DNA of 64,000 bases, from the NCBI GenBank assembly GCA_045637465.1, contig JAZTZM010000040.1:111399-175398 (forward strand), read 5' to 3'. Below are positions 46,804-55,622 of the stretch, one piece after another. The position numbers and the translations under genes were made by a program. This DNA is from Acutalibacteraceae bacterium (GTDB lineage Bacteria > Bacillota > Clostridia > Oscillospirales > Acutalibacteraceae). The notes under the pieces are model-generated. The model was not told where the DNA came from, searched no databases, and saw nothing but the letters and a program-made list of their open reading frames with translations. Position 1 is the stretch's first letter, and each line of letters begins with the position of its first letter.

Positions 46804-46932
46804 ATAAAAACTACTTTCAAAAAGGGGTTTTAAGCTCCCTTTGAAGGGAGCCGGATTTGCCGCAGGCAAAGACTGAGGGTTGCAAAAATAATATGCGGCA
46901 TAAAGCCGCAGTCACTTTTGTCACGCGTAACA
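46804..46932 (+). repeat. About 130-bp direct repeat, copy 2
   Basis: Same sequence as 45383-45513, in the same orientation. Confidence 0.85.
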
Positions 46933-47028
46933 ACGTAGGGGCAGCTACCAGCCGCCCGTTTATTTTGCATCATTACAAAAGTATTGTCATTCTGAGCGGC
47001 AGCGAAGAATCTTAAAACATAACTAGGC

Positions 47029-47063
47029 AATAAAAAATGACACCCTCGAAATGAAGGTGTCAT
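47029..47063 (-). terminator. Terminator after jag/khpB
   Basis: Minus strand: ATGACACCTTCATTTCGAGGGTGTCAT followed by TTTTTTATT. Confidence 0.6.
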
Positions 47064-47068
47064 AATTT

Positions 47069-48064
47069 TTATTCTTCTGTTGCTGCAGGCTTCTTCGGCT
47101 CAATCTTGCCGTAGCGGCTTGCGTTGGAGATATCCGAACGGGGTGCACGCTGTGCCTGCTGAGGAGCAGACTGTGCGGAGCTGTTTCTGTTGCCGCGGTT
47201 GCCGCCTCTGTTATAGCCGCCCTTGCCGCCTCTGTTGTTGTAGCGACGTGAGTCGGGGTTTGTGGGCTTAACGCCTTCAGCAAGTGTGATTACAACCTTG
47301 CGCTCGCTGTCTGAACCGACGGAGTGAGATTCAACACCCTCAATCTCCTGGATTGTTGTGTGGATAATTCTGCGCTCATAGGGGTTCATAGGATCGAGCA
47401 CTGCGTTTCTGCCGTTGCGGAGAACCTTTGCTGCGTTGCGCTTTGCAAGCTCGCGAAGTGTTTCTGCACGCTTCTCACGGTAGTTGCCGATGTTGACGGA
47501 AACACGCTTGTAGTTTTCCTTATCCTTGTTCATATTAAGACGTACAAGGTACTGGATTGCGTCGAGAGTTTCGCCTCTGCGACCGATTACTACGCCGTAG
47601 TTTTCACCGCAGTCAAGCTCAATTGCAAGGCCTTCATCTTCTTCTGAGAAGGATATCTCGCAGGATTCGATGCCGAGACCTTTGAGAATAGAGGTGATAT
47701 ATGCCTTTGTGCCTTCAAATGCACCGGGGTTTGCAACGGGCTTCTTTTCTTTTGCTGCGGGAGCTGCTGCAGCAGCCTTGGGTGCAGGAGCAGCCTTGTT
47801 TGCCTTCTTTTCCTTTGCAGGTTTTTCTGCAGGTTTTTCTGCAGGTTTTACTGCAGGTTTTGCTGCGGGCTTCTCGTCGGGAATTTCGTAAAATGCTTTA
47901 ACCTTTGCGGGGGTTTCTTTGCCGAAAATGCCGAAAGCCTTTTTCTTGGGCATTTCGACAACTGTAAACTGAACATCTGCTTCAAACGGTGCGTTGAGCT
48001 GAACTGATGCGTTCTCGCGTGCCTCGTCAACCGTTTTGCCGATGCCGATTGCTTCTTTAATCAA
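47069..48064 (-). CDS. khpB: Jag/KhpB RNA-binding protein (Jag_N, KH, R3H) with a long Pro/Ala/Lys linker
   Basis: N-terminal MIKEAIGIGKTVDEARE.., ...VVIGRRGETLDAIQYL..., ...MNPYERRIIHT... R3H. The linker is encoded by 12-bp tandem repeats at 47817-47876. Confidence 0.88.
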   Translation of the reverse strand: MIKEAIGIGKTVDEARENASVQLNAPFEADVQFTVVEMPKKKAFGIFGKETPAKVKAFYEIPDEKPAAKPAVKPAEKPAEKPAKEKKANKAAPAPKAAAAAPAAKEKKPVANPGAFEGTKAYITSILKGLGIESCEISFSEEDEGLAIELDCGENYGVVIGRRGETLDAIQYLVRLNMNKDKENYKRVSVNIGNYREKRAETLRELAKRNAAKVLRNGRNAVLDPMNPYERRIIHTTIQEIEGVESHSVGSDSERKVVITLAEGVKPTNPDSRRYNNRGGKGGYNRGGNRGNRNSSAQSAPQQAQRAPRSDISNASRYGKIEPKKPAATEE

Positions 48065-48085
48065 GTTGTTTTACCACCTTAAGTG

Positions 48086-49093
48086 TTATTTTTTCTCGTC
48101 TTTCTTTTTCTCCGCCACGATTTTCTGGTTGTTTTCTTTTGAACGGCGGTAGATTGTCTCTTCGACCATATTTGTTGCGATAACCTTGTCGGAACTGTAG
48201 AAGTGACCGGTTATAAGTGTCTGAATGAATGAATAGATGTTGTTGATGATCCAATAAATACCAACTGCTGCGGGGAACAATGTGACCATGTATGCGGAGA
48301 AAAGGGGCATACCGAAGGTCATACAACCCATCATAGCGTTGTTTGTTGCGCCGGGGTTGTTGCGCTTCTGGCGCATCTGTGTGATGAGTGACGTTGCCAC
48401 TGATGTGATGAATGAAAGAACAGGAATAAGCAGAAGAATGTTGACTGTTTTGAAACTGGGGGCGTCACCAAGGTTGACACCGAAAAACTGGAACTGTGAA
48501 GTAGCAAAATTCTGTATCTCGTCAACAATAGTGTCAAGGTTGTTGACAGCTGTTCCTTTTTCAATAAGGTAATCTTTGACTGCGCCGATGTTGTTAACCA
48601 TCTGAAGTTCAATCTGATAATCAGAGGGGTTTTTGATGCCGAGTTCGGGTGCGATTGCTTTGAAAGCAGTCTTGAAGGTTTCGATAACCTCTGACGGAAC
48701 TTTGAGGATGAATGTCAACGGCTTGTAAACCGCGCCATAGAGACCGATAATGATGGGGAACTGAATAAGTAAGGGAAGGCAGCCCTGATTCATGGGGTTG
48801 AAGCCTTCGCGCTGATAAAGAGCCTGCTGCTCTTCCTGAATTTTCTGCTGAGCGTTTCTGTCGCCCTTGTATCTTTCCTGAATTCTGCGGATTTTAGGCT
48901 GAAGTCTTGCCTGCTTGGCTGTGCTTTTCTGCTGCTTGATTGCGCTGGGAAGCAGAATAATTTTGAAAACAAGCGCAAAAAGAGCAATTGCTACAAAATA
49001 GCTGCCTGCATCAAAGAAAATATCAACCAGACCGTAAAACTGACCGAGCAACCAACCAAACGGTACAGCAAGTATTTCTCTGAAAAATTCCAT
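48086..49093 (-). CDS. yidC: Membrane protein insertase YidC/OxaA family
   Basis: ...LPSAIKQQKSTAKQARLQPKI..., ...NPMNQGCLPLLIQFPI... motifs. The ATG at 49093 (MEFFREIL...) overlaps the yidD stop. The longer track ORF reads through yidD in another frame. Confidence 0.9.
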   Translation of the reverse strand: MEFFREILAVPFGWLLGQFYGLVDIFFDAGSYFVAIALFALVFKIILLPSAIKQQKSTAKQARLQPKIRRIQERYKGDRNAQQKIQEEQQALYQREGFNPMNQGCLPLLIQFPIIIGLYGAVYKPLTFILKVPSEVIETFKTAFKAIAPELGIKNPSDYQIELQMVNNIGAVKDYLIEKGTAVNNLDTIVDEIQNFATSQFQFFGVNLGDAPSFKTVNILLLIPVLSFITSVATSLITQMRQKRNNPGATNNAMMGCMTFGMPLFSAYMVTLFPAAVGIYWIINNIYSFIQTLITGHFYSSDKVIATNMVEETIYRRSKENNQKIVAEKKKDEKK

Positions 49094-49329
49094 TAATCGT
49101 CCTCCGTGTGGTTTTTCTTCGGGGGTACCGGATCGTACCCGCCGGGGAACAAAACATTGCACCTCAAAAGCCGGCGTATTGCCAGCAGACTGCCAAAAAA
49201 CAAGCCGTGAACCTCTAACGCCTGCATCGCATATTCGGAGCAGGTCGGATAATAGCGGCACATAGGTGGCTTGTGTGGCGAGATTTTTTCGCGGTAAAAG
49301 CGAATTAACCGCAGCAGAACCTTTTTCAT
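49093..49329 (-). CDS. yidD: Membrane protein insertion efficiency factor YidD
   Basis: ...[27 protein letters not shown]....G... is the canonical YidD motif. Confidence 0.92.
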   Translation of the reverse strand: MKKVLLRLIRFYREKISPHKPPMCRYYPTCSEYAMQALEVHGLFFGSLLAIRRLLRCNVLFPGGYDPVPPKKNHTEDD

Positions 49330-49667
49330 CAGTGTATAACACCCGCCTGCTTCAAGTGATTGAAAATAATTGTTTCAAGCTGAGTGCTTTTGAGGTATTT
49401 TGTTTTGCTTCTTGCGACAAAAACGATGTCCCAGCTGCCTTCTACCTGAGGTAGTGCTGCGCGGAACGCCGCCCTTATCACTCTGCGGGAGCGGTTGCGT
49501 TCAACTGCATTGCCGATCTTCTTACTTGTAGTAATTCCGACACGACAAATACCCGCACGGGTCCTTGCTACATAAGTTACCAGTGCAGGATTTGAATAGA
49601 CTTTGCCGCGGCTGTATGCGCGGCGGAAGTCGATGTTACGATTTAAGGATGTGATAGTTGAAGCCAT
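49329..49667 (-). CDS. rnpA: Ribonuclease P protein component
   Basis: 112 aa, ...[23 protein letters not shown]... RnpA signature. The stop overlaps the yidD start. Confidence 0.92.
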   Translation of the reverse strand: MASTITSLNRNIDFRRAYSRGKVYSNPALVTYVARTRAGICRVGITTSKKIGNAVERNRSRRVIRAAFRAALPQVEGSWDIVFVARSKTKYLKSTQLETIIFNHLKQAGVIH

Positions 49668-49698
49668 AACCGTTCGCCTTGTGAGCTCTTACCCGAAA

Positions 49699-49833
49699 TT
49701 AGTAAGAGAGCTGCTTTCTGCCCTTTGCTCTGCGACGGGCGAGAACCTTACGGCCGTTTCTGTCCGCCATTCTCTTGCGGAAGCCGTGCTCCATCTTGCG
49801 ATGACGCTTCTTGGGCTGATAAGTCCTTTTCAT
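49699..49833 (-). CDS. rpmH: 50S ribosomal protein L34
   Basis: Not in the ORF track (44 aa). Hand translation gives [44 protein letters not shown]. Confidence 0.95.
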   Translation of the reverse strand: MKRTYQPKKRHRKMEHGFRKRMADRNGRKVLARRRAKGRKQLSY

Positions 49834-49924
49834 TGTGCATAACCTCCATTCAAGGTGTGATTTATGACCAAAGCGGTGAAAAGTATACTGGCATTATACT
49901 CCACTTTAGACCTTACAAGGTGCT

Positions 49925-49954
49925 ATTATATAACAAAAATGCCTGCTGTGTCAA
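49925..49954 (-). promoter_or_regulatory. Sigma-A type promoter for rpmH-rnpA-yidD-yidC-jag
   Basis: Minus strand: TTGACA (49954-49949), 18 nt, TATAAT (49930-49925). Confidence 0.6.
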
Positions 49955-50145
49955 CCTTTTTTTGCATTTAGGCACATCTTGTGCCCACGCTCAATATTGA
50001 GCGCAAGATGGTGCGAACACAGGTCTGAAAAGCTGAAGAGAGCGCCGGAAATAACCTCGCGGCGGCAACAAGTTTTACTTTGCGCTTGTGTTTTATATCA
50101 GAATATGATATTATTAAGAAAATTTTTTAAAAAGGAGGTTGTCCG

Positions 50146-50952
50146 ATGGCTCAACACGACAAGAACAAATCGTTGCTCGTGCTTGCAACAGCAATAATAA
50201 TACCGTGTGTCGTGCTGACGTTGTGTGTGGTGCTGTTCATCAATATCAACGAAAATAAAAAGAGAGAGCTTGCCGCCGGTCAACCGCTTGAAGAGTCTCA
50301 CGGCCTGGCAGAGGGATATTCAATACCCGAAGACGCAATGTACCTCTGGCAATACGATTGGGACGAGATAAAGGATGAAAGTACATCAGGAGTGGAAGGT
50401 GAATCAGTATCAGAGAGTGCAACGGAATATACTGTTGATCCTGAGCTGAGCTCGCTTCTTATGCTGGGTGACGAAGAACTCACGGATATAATGCAGGATA
50501 TCTACAACAATATTATTCCGTACGAAGAGATGAGCAAAATGCGCGAGGAGATCACAACAGATATCTTCAACGGCGAAACCGTGGTTGCAAAGAAGCTTAT
50601 CAACAACGAAAACTGTATAGGTGCAACTATATATATCAAGGGCGAGTATACTGCATCAACCTTCGGTGTGTTGACTGTCAAGGTCAAAGAAACAGGTTTC
50701 CCGGCTCCTCAGCACAAGTTCCTTTACGACCTTGCAATCGGAATGTGTACCGACACGGATAAGAGTGACAAATCCAGGGATATGTCTGTGGTAAAAACCG
50801 GCAACGGTATGACGGTTGTAACCGTTATGTTCCCGCCGGATAAATGCCTGCCCCTTTCTCAGATTTCAAAAATCGATATAGAATCATCATACAGCTTATT
50901 CCGTGATATAAACGGCGAAAAGTTGGAGGTATTCAATGTCTCGGCAAGTTGA
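50146..50952 (+). CDS. Membrane-anchored protein of unknown function
   Basis: RBS AAGGAGG. N-terminal TM helix (LLVLATAIIIPCVVLTLCVVLFI), acidic linker, and a globular C-terminal domain with no recognisable motif. Confidence 0.7.
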   Translation: MAQHDKNKSLLVLATAIIIPCVVLTLCVVLFININENKKRELAAGQPLEESHGLAEGYSIPEDAMYLWQYDWDEIKDESTSGVEGESVSESATEYTVDPELSSLLMLGDEELTDIMQDIYNNIIPYEEMSKMREEITTDIFNGETVVAKKLINNENCIGATIYIKGEYTASTFGVLTVKVKETGFPAPQHKFLYDLAIGMCTDTDKSDKSRDMSVVKTGNGMTVVTVMFPPDKCLPLSQISKIDIESSYSLFRDINGEKLEVFNVSAS

Positions 50953-51715
50953 TAAAAACGTGAACAGCGCTTCGGTTCACGCAGGTCACAGAGACAGGGT
51001 GCGCGAAAAATACAACACCAACGGTCTTGACGGCTTTGCCAATCACGAGGTGCTGGAGCTGCTTCTTTTCTACGCAAACAAAAGGGGCGACACAAACCCT
51101 GTTGCGCATCGGCTGATTGAGCGGTTTGGCTCGCTTTCTGCCGTGCTTGAGGCAAGTTATGACGACCTGATTTGTGTTGACGGCATAGGTGATTCTGCGG
51201 CAACGCTTATTACAATGGTGCCTCAGCTCTTTCGAAGATATTCTGCCGATAAAGTTGACAAAGTAAAAGTAATTTCCGATTTTGAAGATGCAAAAGCGTT
51301 CCTTGTGCCGCGCTTTTTCGGCTTACAGAACGAGCGTGCCGGCATAATCTGCCTCGATGCTCAGGGCAGGGTAAATAATTTTATTTTTGTTTCCGACGGT
51401 TCGCTCAAACTGGCACAGATTGATGTGCGCAAAATTGCTCAGCTTGCACTGCAGAATAACGCCGACAGTATCATTCTTGCGCATAATCACCCCGGTGGCT
51501 TTGCCACGCCCTCACGCAACGACGTTGAAGCGACAAAGCTGCTCATAAACGCACTCGGTCTTATCAATATCCGCGTTGCGGATCATATAATTATCAGCGA
51601 TGAAGATGTTTTTTCAATGGCTTCAAGCCACAGGTTTGCGCCGGTGTTTATGGCAGTATCTGCCGAGTCAGCTCCGAGCACGGGCGTTAGTATGAGCCAG
51701 GGCGATGAAGGCTGA
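50936..51715 (+). CDS. radC: RadC-like JAB/MPN domain protein
   Basis: ...GHRDRVREKY..., HhH ...LICVDGIGDSAA..., JAMM-like ...ILAHNHPGG...PS..D.... Overlaps the upstream gene by 17 nt. Confidence 0.88.
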   Translation: MSRQVDKNVNSASVHAGHRDRVREKYNTNGLDGFANHEVLELLLFYANKRGDTNPVAHRLIERFGSLSAVLEASYDDLICVDGIGDSAATLITMVPQLFRRYSADKVDKVKVISDFEDAKAFLVPRFFGLQNERAGIICLDAQGRVNNFIFVSDGSLKLAQIDVRKIAQLALQNNADSIILAHNHPGGFATPSRNDVEATKLLINALGLINIRVADHIIISDEDVFSMASSHRFAPVFMAVSAESAPSTGVSMSQGDEG

Positions 51716-51741
51716 AAACAAAAAAGTTAATATTTCGTCTG

Positions 51742-51777
51742 AATAACACCTTTCTTCGCGAAGGGTGTTATTTTTTA
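51742..51777 (+). terminator. Terminator after radC
   Basis: AATAACACCTTTC ttcgc GAAGGGTGTTATT followed by TTTT. Confidence 0.65.
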
Positions 51778-51808
51778 TACAATATTATATAGCGGACAAT
51801 CCGTGCAA

Positions 51809-51842
51809 ATAAAAAATGCTGTGAGCAAAATTCTCACAGCAT
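51809..51842 (-). terminator. Terminator after rlmD-like gene
   Basis: ATGCTGTGAG caaaatt CTCACAGCAT with T-runs on both strands. Confidence 0.6.
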
Positions 51843-51848
51843 TTTATT

Positions 51849-53216
51849 TTATCTTTTTTGTTGGACCAAAGAAACAACCGTTTCGACGTGGGCGGTGCGG
51901 GGGAACATATCGACGGGTGTTATGAGGTTTGTGCCGTCTGCTTCTTCTATAGTATAGCCGAGAGTCGCAAACACCGCGCAGTCTCTTGCGAGCGTTGCAG
52001 GGTCACACGATACGTAAACCACACGCTCGGGCGACATTTCAGCAACAGTTTTTATAAGCTCTGCGTCACAGCCCTTTCTTGGCGGGTCGAGGATTATTAC
52101 ATCGGGTCTGATGCCTTCACTTTTGAGCTGCTGTGCCGCCTGAGCGGCATCCGCGCAGATAAAGCGTGCGTTGGTGATTGAGTTAAGCTCGGCGTTTTTC
52201 TTTGCGTTTTCAATCGCGGGAGCAACAATCTCAACACCGATAAGCTCCTTAACTTTTTTCGCCATTGTCAGACCGATTGTGCCGACACCGCAGTACATAT
52301 CAAGCAGCACTGTGTCGGGTGTGAGACGTGCATATTCCGCCGCAATCGAATACAGCTTTTCCGTCTGGTCACGGTTGACCTGATAGAATGAAAGCGGTGA
52401 TATTTCAAATTTTGTGCCGAGGAGTGTGTCTGTGATTTCCGCTTTGCCGAAAAGCGTTTTTGTTTTTTCGCCAAGCACAACGTTTGTGTTTTCTTTGTTT
52501 ATGTTTATGCTCAGTCCTGTTGCACCGAGCGGCTCGATAGCTTCCCACAGCTTGTCTGCGCAGGGCAGTGAATTGCCGTTTATGACGATACATACGGAAA
52601 TCTCATCGCAGTCCTTTGATGCGCGTATATAAAGGTGGCGCACAAGACCGACACCTGTTTTTTCGTCATAGACCGATATGCCGTTTTCATCAATGAAGTT
52701 GCGCATTACGTCTGCAATTTCGGAAAACTTTTGCGGCTGAAGGCGGCAGGCTGTGCAATCTATAATATTGTGGCTGTGGAACGAATAAAAGCCGAGCTTT
52801 GCCTTGCTGTTTTCGATGCCTGCAGGCAGCTGTGCCTTGTTGCGGTAATAATCCGTGCGGTCACTGCCGACAATTTCAAGAAGCTTTACGTCAAGTCCAC
52901 CGATTCGTCTGAACGCATCGGCAACCTTCTGCTGCTTTATTTTCAGCTCTGCGCCGTATGTGATATGGCGGTATACGCAGCCGCCGCAACGGTTGAACAC
53001 GGGGCAATCCGATTCTGTTCTGTCGGGTGACGGTGATATTATGCTCATTGCCTTTGCAACAGCGTAGTTCTTTTTGACCTTTATCGCGTGGGCAAGCACG
53101 GTATCGCCAACCGCAGTGTTGCTGACAAAAACTGCCATCCCGTCTTTGTGACCTACTCCGTTTCCTTCGGCGGTCATCCCTGTTATCTCAAGTTCAAATT
53201 CATCATTTTTTCTCAA
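51849..53216 (-). CDS. rlmD: 23S rRNA (uracil-5-)-methyltransferase RlmD/RumA family (TRAM + Fe-S + SAM MTase)
   Basis: TRAM N-terminus (...ELEITGMTAEGNGVG...), Cys cluster C..F..CGGC..., ...LLDMYCGVGTIG..., ...ILDPPRKG..., ...VYVSCDP.... Confidence 0.88.
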   Translation of the reverse strand: MRKNDEFELEITGMTAEGNGVGHKDGMAVFVSNTAVGDTVLAHAIKVKKNYAVAKAMSIISPSPDRTESDCPVFNRCGGCVYRHITYGAELKIKQQKVADAFRRIGGLDVKLLEIVGSDRTDYYRNKAQLPAGIENSKAKLGFYSFHSHNIIDCTACRLQPQKFSEIADVMRNFIDENGISVYDEKTGVGLVRHLYIRASKDCDEISVCIVINGNSLPCADKLWEAIEPLGATGLSININKENTNVVLGEKTKTLFGKAEITDTLLGTKFEISPLSFYQVNRDQTEKLYSIAAEYARLTPDTVLLDMYCGVGTIGLTMAKKVKELIGVEIVAPAIENAKKNAELNSITNARFICADAAQAAQQLKSEGIRPDVIILDPPRKGCDAELIKTVAEMSPERVVYVSCDPATLARDCAVFATLGYTIEEADGTNLITPVDMFPRTAHVETVVSLVQQKR

Positions 53217-53676
53217 GTGTTTTACCTCTGCGATATTTAATGATATTTATAATAACCTTATATATGACGTATCCTGCGGTAACGCCGACTGCACCGCCGA
53301 TTGCGTCAATCAGAATATCTGTGAGCTGAAACGCCCTGCCCTCGATAAACAGCTGATGTATTTCATCAGTCAGTGCGTAGAATACGCCGATGACAAAACT
53401 TGGTATTATGAGCGGCTTTTGTGCTGTGTGATAAAGTGCGTTGAACAGCAGCAGACCAAGTCCGCAGTATTCGAGCGCGTGTGCGATTGATCGGAATGCG
53501 TCGTGACCTATGTATTCGATAAATTTTGTTAATATCTTTGCGAAAAAATCCATAACGCTCAGGCTTAATTCGGAAGACTGTGCCGCAGGCTGATGCGACA
53601 GCACAAAGATAATTGCCATACATACGGCAACGAGAAGCCAGCTTACCGATATAAGAGCTTTTCTTTTTGTGTTCAT
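53203..53676 (-). CDS. VanZ-like family membrane protein
   Basis: 157 aa, four TM stretches, ...ALTDEIHQLFIEGRAFQLTDILIDAIG... VanZ motif. Confidence 0.8.
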   Translation of the reverse strand: MNTKRKALISVSWLLVAVCMAIIFVLSHQPAAQSSELSLSVMDFFAKILTKFIEYIGHDAFRSIAHALEYCGLGLLLFNALYHTAQKPLIIPSFVIGVFYALTDEIHQLFIEGRAFQLTDILIDAIGGAVGVTAGYVIYKVIINIIKYRRGKTLEKK

Positions 53677-53695
53677 TCAATTGTTCCCTTTTGCT

Positions 53696-55324
53696 TTATT
53701 TGAGCAGCTCTGCACAGGTGAGCTGAACCATATTTCCCGAATGAAGGATTTTAACTCCCGTCATCTTCTCAGCTGTTGCGACGTATCTGCTTGTGTAAAA
53801 CAGCGGCAGGAAAACAGCGTTTTGCACAAGGTAATTCTGTGCGGCTGTGCAGCCTTCAACAACGCTCTGCGGTGAACCTGCGGCAGAAAGCTGGTTGAGA
53901 AGCTTGTCAAAATTCTGCGATGAGAAACGGCAGACGTTTGCTCCGCCGCCAAAGGAACGCATAAACTCGACGGCTGTCTGCGCGTCTGAGGTTATTTTTG
54001 AAAGTGCACACTGGTAGTCGCCCGATTTTACACGGCGTTCAAGTTCATCTGCTTCAACAACTTCGACTCCTGCTGTCAGATCTAAGCCGAAGAGCTGCTG
54101 CCAATCCTGTATTACCTTGCGCATTGCATCCTCTTCTTCAGCTGTGCAGAGCACGGTGACTCGGCAACCGTTGCCCTGAGTGAATTCGTCATAGTATTTT
54201 TTTGCGGTAACGGCGTTGTATGCAGGTAAGCCGATCTGCGGTGCAACCTCGGAATACGGTCTGCCCTCAACGGTACATGATGCGGGAACAATTCCGGTTG
54301 CCGTTGTTGTCATGTTTGTGATGCCCGAACGTATTACGTCATATTTTGTTGCCAATGCAAGTGCCAGACGCATTTTCGGGTTCTGCATTGTTTCGTCGGC
54401 GCAGTTGAACATAAGACCCCATACGCCGTTGTTGATTTCGTGCACGGTGCATTTTTTCTTTGCTTCTTCTACCTGCGCTGCGGTGAGCGGTGCTACGGCA
54501 TACGTGCCGTCGAGCAGGTTATCCAGAATAACTTTTTCATCCTGCGTGAATGCATATGTTACGGAATATATGGGCGCCTGCGAAGCTTCGTTATCGGGGT
54601 TACTGCGCAGAACAATATTGCTCTTTTCATACCAGCGTGAAAGGTAGAACGGACCGTTGCACAGCACGTACTCTGCGCCGAGTCCGTAACGACCCTTTGT
54701 TGCTTCGAAGAATGCACGGTTGCACGGTGCGGTAACAGGCTCGGCAAGCATACGGATAAATTCCGAGCCGGTGTATTCAAGCTGAATTTCAAGCGTGTAA
54801 TCGTCTATTGCTCTCACACCAAGTCCGGTGACGGGCAGTTTGCCGCTGTTGACTTTTTCGGCATTTTTTATCATAAATAGCTGCTGAGCGTAAGGCGACT
54901 GTGTTTCAGGGGCAAGCGCACGCTGTATGCCGAATACAAAATCGTGTGCGGTTACGCGAAGGTCAATTGCCGTTTCGTAGTTTTCGCCGAAAATTTCTTC
55001 GTGGTTTGAGTTGATGTGCCATTTGCTGTCTTTTCTGAGTCTGAAAAGGTAAGCAAGTCCGTCGGGAGAGACCTGCATATCTGATGCGGCGGCAAGCACG
55101 ATTTTGCCGTTTTCATCTGCTTTCATCAGGCTTTCGTAGCAGTTTGCGGCAACCGTCAGGCTTTCGTTGCTGTAGGCAGTCTGTGGGTCAACAGAGGTTG
55201 GCTCTTTTGGCAGAGGGCATCTCAGCTCAGCATTTCTTACGGTTTTGGAGCAGCCTGTCAGTGAGCTGCAGGCAATAATGAAGATAAGTGCGGTGGATAA
55301 TATTCTTAATGCGTTTTTTGTCAT
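53696..55324 (-). CDS. ABC transporter substrate-binding lipoprotein, family 5 (peptide/nickel type), orphan
   Basis: Lipobox ...IIACSSLTGC at the ATG 55324 start. Length and ...SKWH...F..A..P... pattern fit SBP_bac_5. No permease or ATPase genes are adjacent. Confidence 0.78.
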   Translation of the reverse strand: MTKNALRILSTALIFIIACSSLTGCSKTVRNAELRCPLPKEPTSVDPQTAYSNESLTVAANCYESLMKADENGKIVLAAASDMQVSPDGLAYLFRLRKDSKWHINSNHEEIFGENYETAIDLRVTAHDFVFGIQRALAPETQSPYAQQLFMIKNAEKVNSGKLPVTGLGVRAIDDYTLEIQLEYTGSEFIRMLAEPVTAPCNRAFFEATKGRYGLGAEYVLCNGPFYLSRWYEKSNIVLRSNPDNEASQAPIYSVTYAFTQDEKVILDNLLDGTYAVAPLTAAQVEEAKKKCTVHEINNGVWGLMFNCADETMQNPKMRLALALATKYDVIRSGITNMTTTATGIVPASCTVEGRPYSEVAPQIGLPAYNAVTAKKYYDEFTQGNGCRVTVLCTAEEEDAMRKVIQDWQQLFGLDLTAGVEVVEADELERRVKSGDYQCALSKITSDAQTAVEFMRSFGGGANVCRFSSQNFDKLLNQLSAAGSPQSVVEGCTAAQNYLVQNAVFLPLFYTSRYVATAEKMTGVKILHSGNMVQLTCAELLK

Positions 55325-55497
55325 TTTTTTAACAACTCGCTTTATATTGTGGATTTGGTTTGAAATAATAACAATATATCTATTATATATCATCACAAGC
55401 AATAAGGCAATTGTTTTTGAAGCACATAGCAAAAAAAGAAATCAATAAAAAGGAAACGCAAAAACATAAAATTTTTGTGCAATTTCTAAAAAAATTA

Positions 55498-55526
55498 TTG
55501 AAAAAGAGAAAAGGTTATGTTATAAT
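55498..55526 (+). promoter_or_regulatory. Sigma-A type promoter for the EF-G paralog
   Basis: TTGAAA (55498-55503), 17 nt, TATAAT (55521-55526). Confidence 0.6.
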
Positions 55527-55622
55527 TCACCATAGTATTCGTTTTTTGAGCGAATATCGTTTAATTCTAAACACACAATCGGTCTGTGCCCGGAAAGGCA
55601 CGGCTGTAAGGAGGAAACCACA

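Noticed and set aside
47817-47876. 12-bp tandem repeats (GCAGGTTTTTCT x2, GCAGGTTTTACT, GCAGGTTTTGCT, ...)
   Set aside because: They lie inside jag/khpB and encode its (E/V/A)KPA linker in frame. This is a coding low-complexity tract, not an independent element.
49094-49342. 83-aa N-terminal extension of yidC in the ORF track (start at 49342)
   Set aside because: The extension overlaps the entire yidD gene in another frame. The conserved YidC sequence begins at MEFFREIL (ATG 49093), which overlaps the yidD stop.
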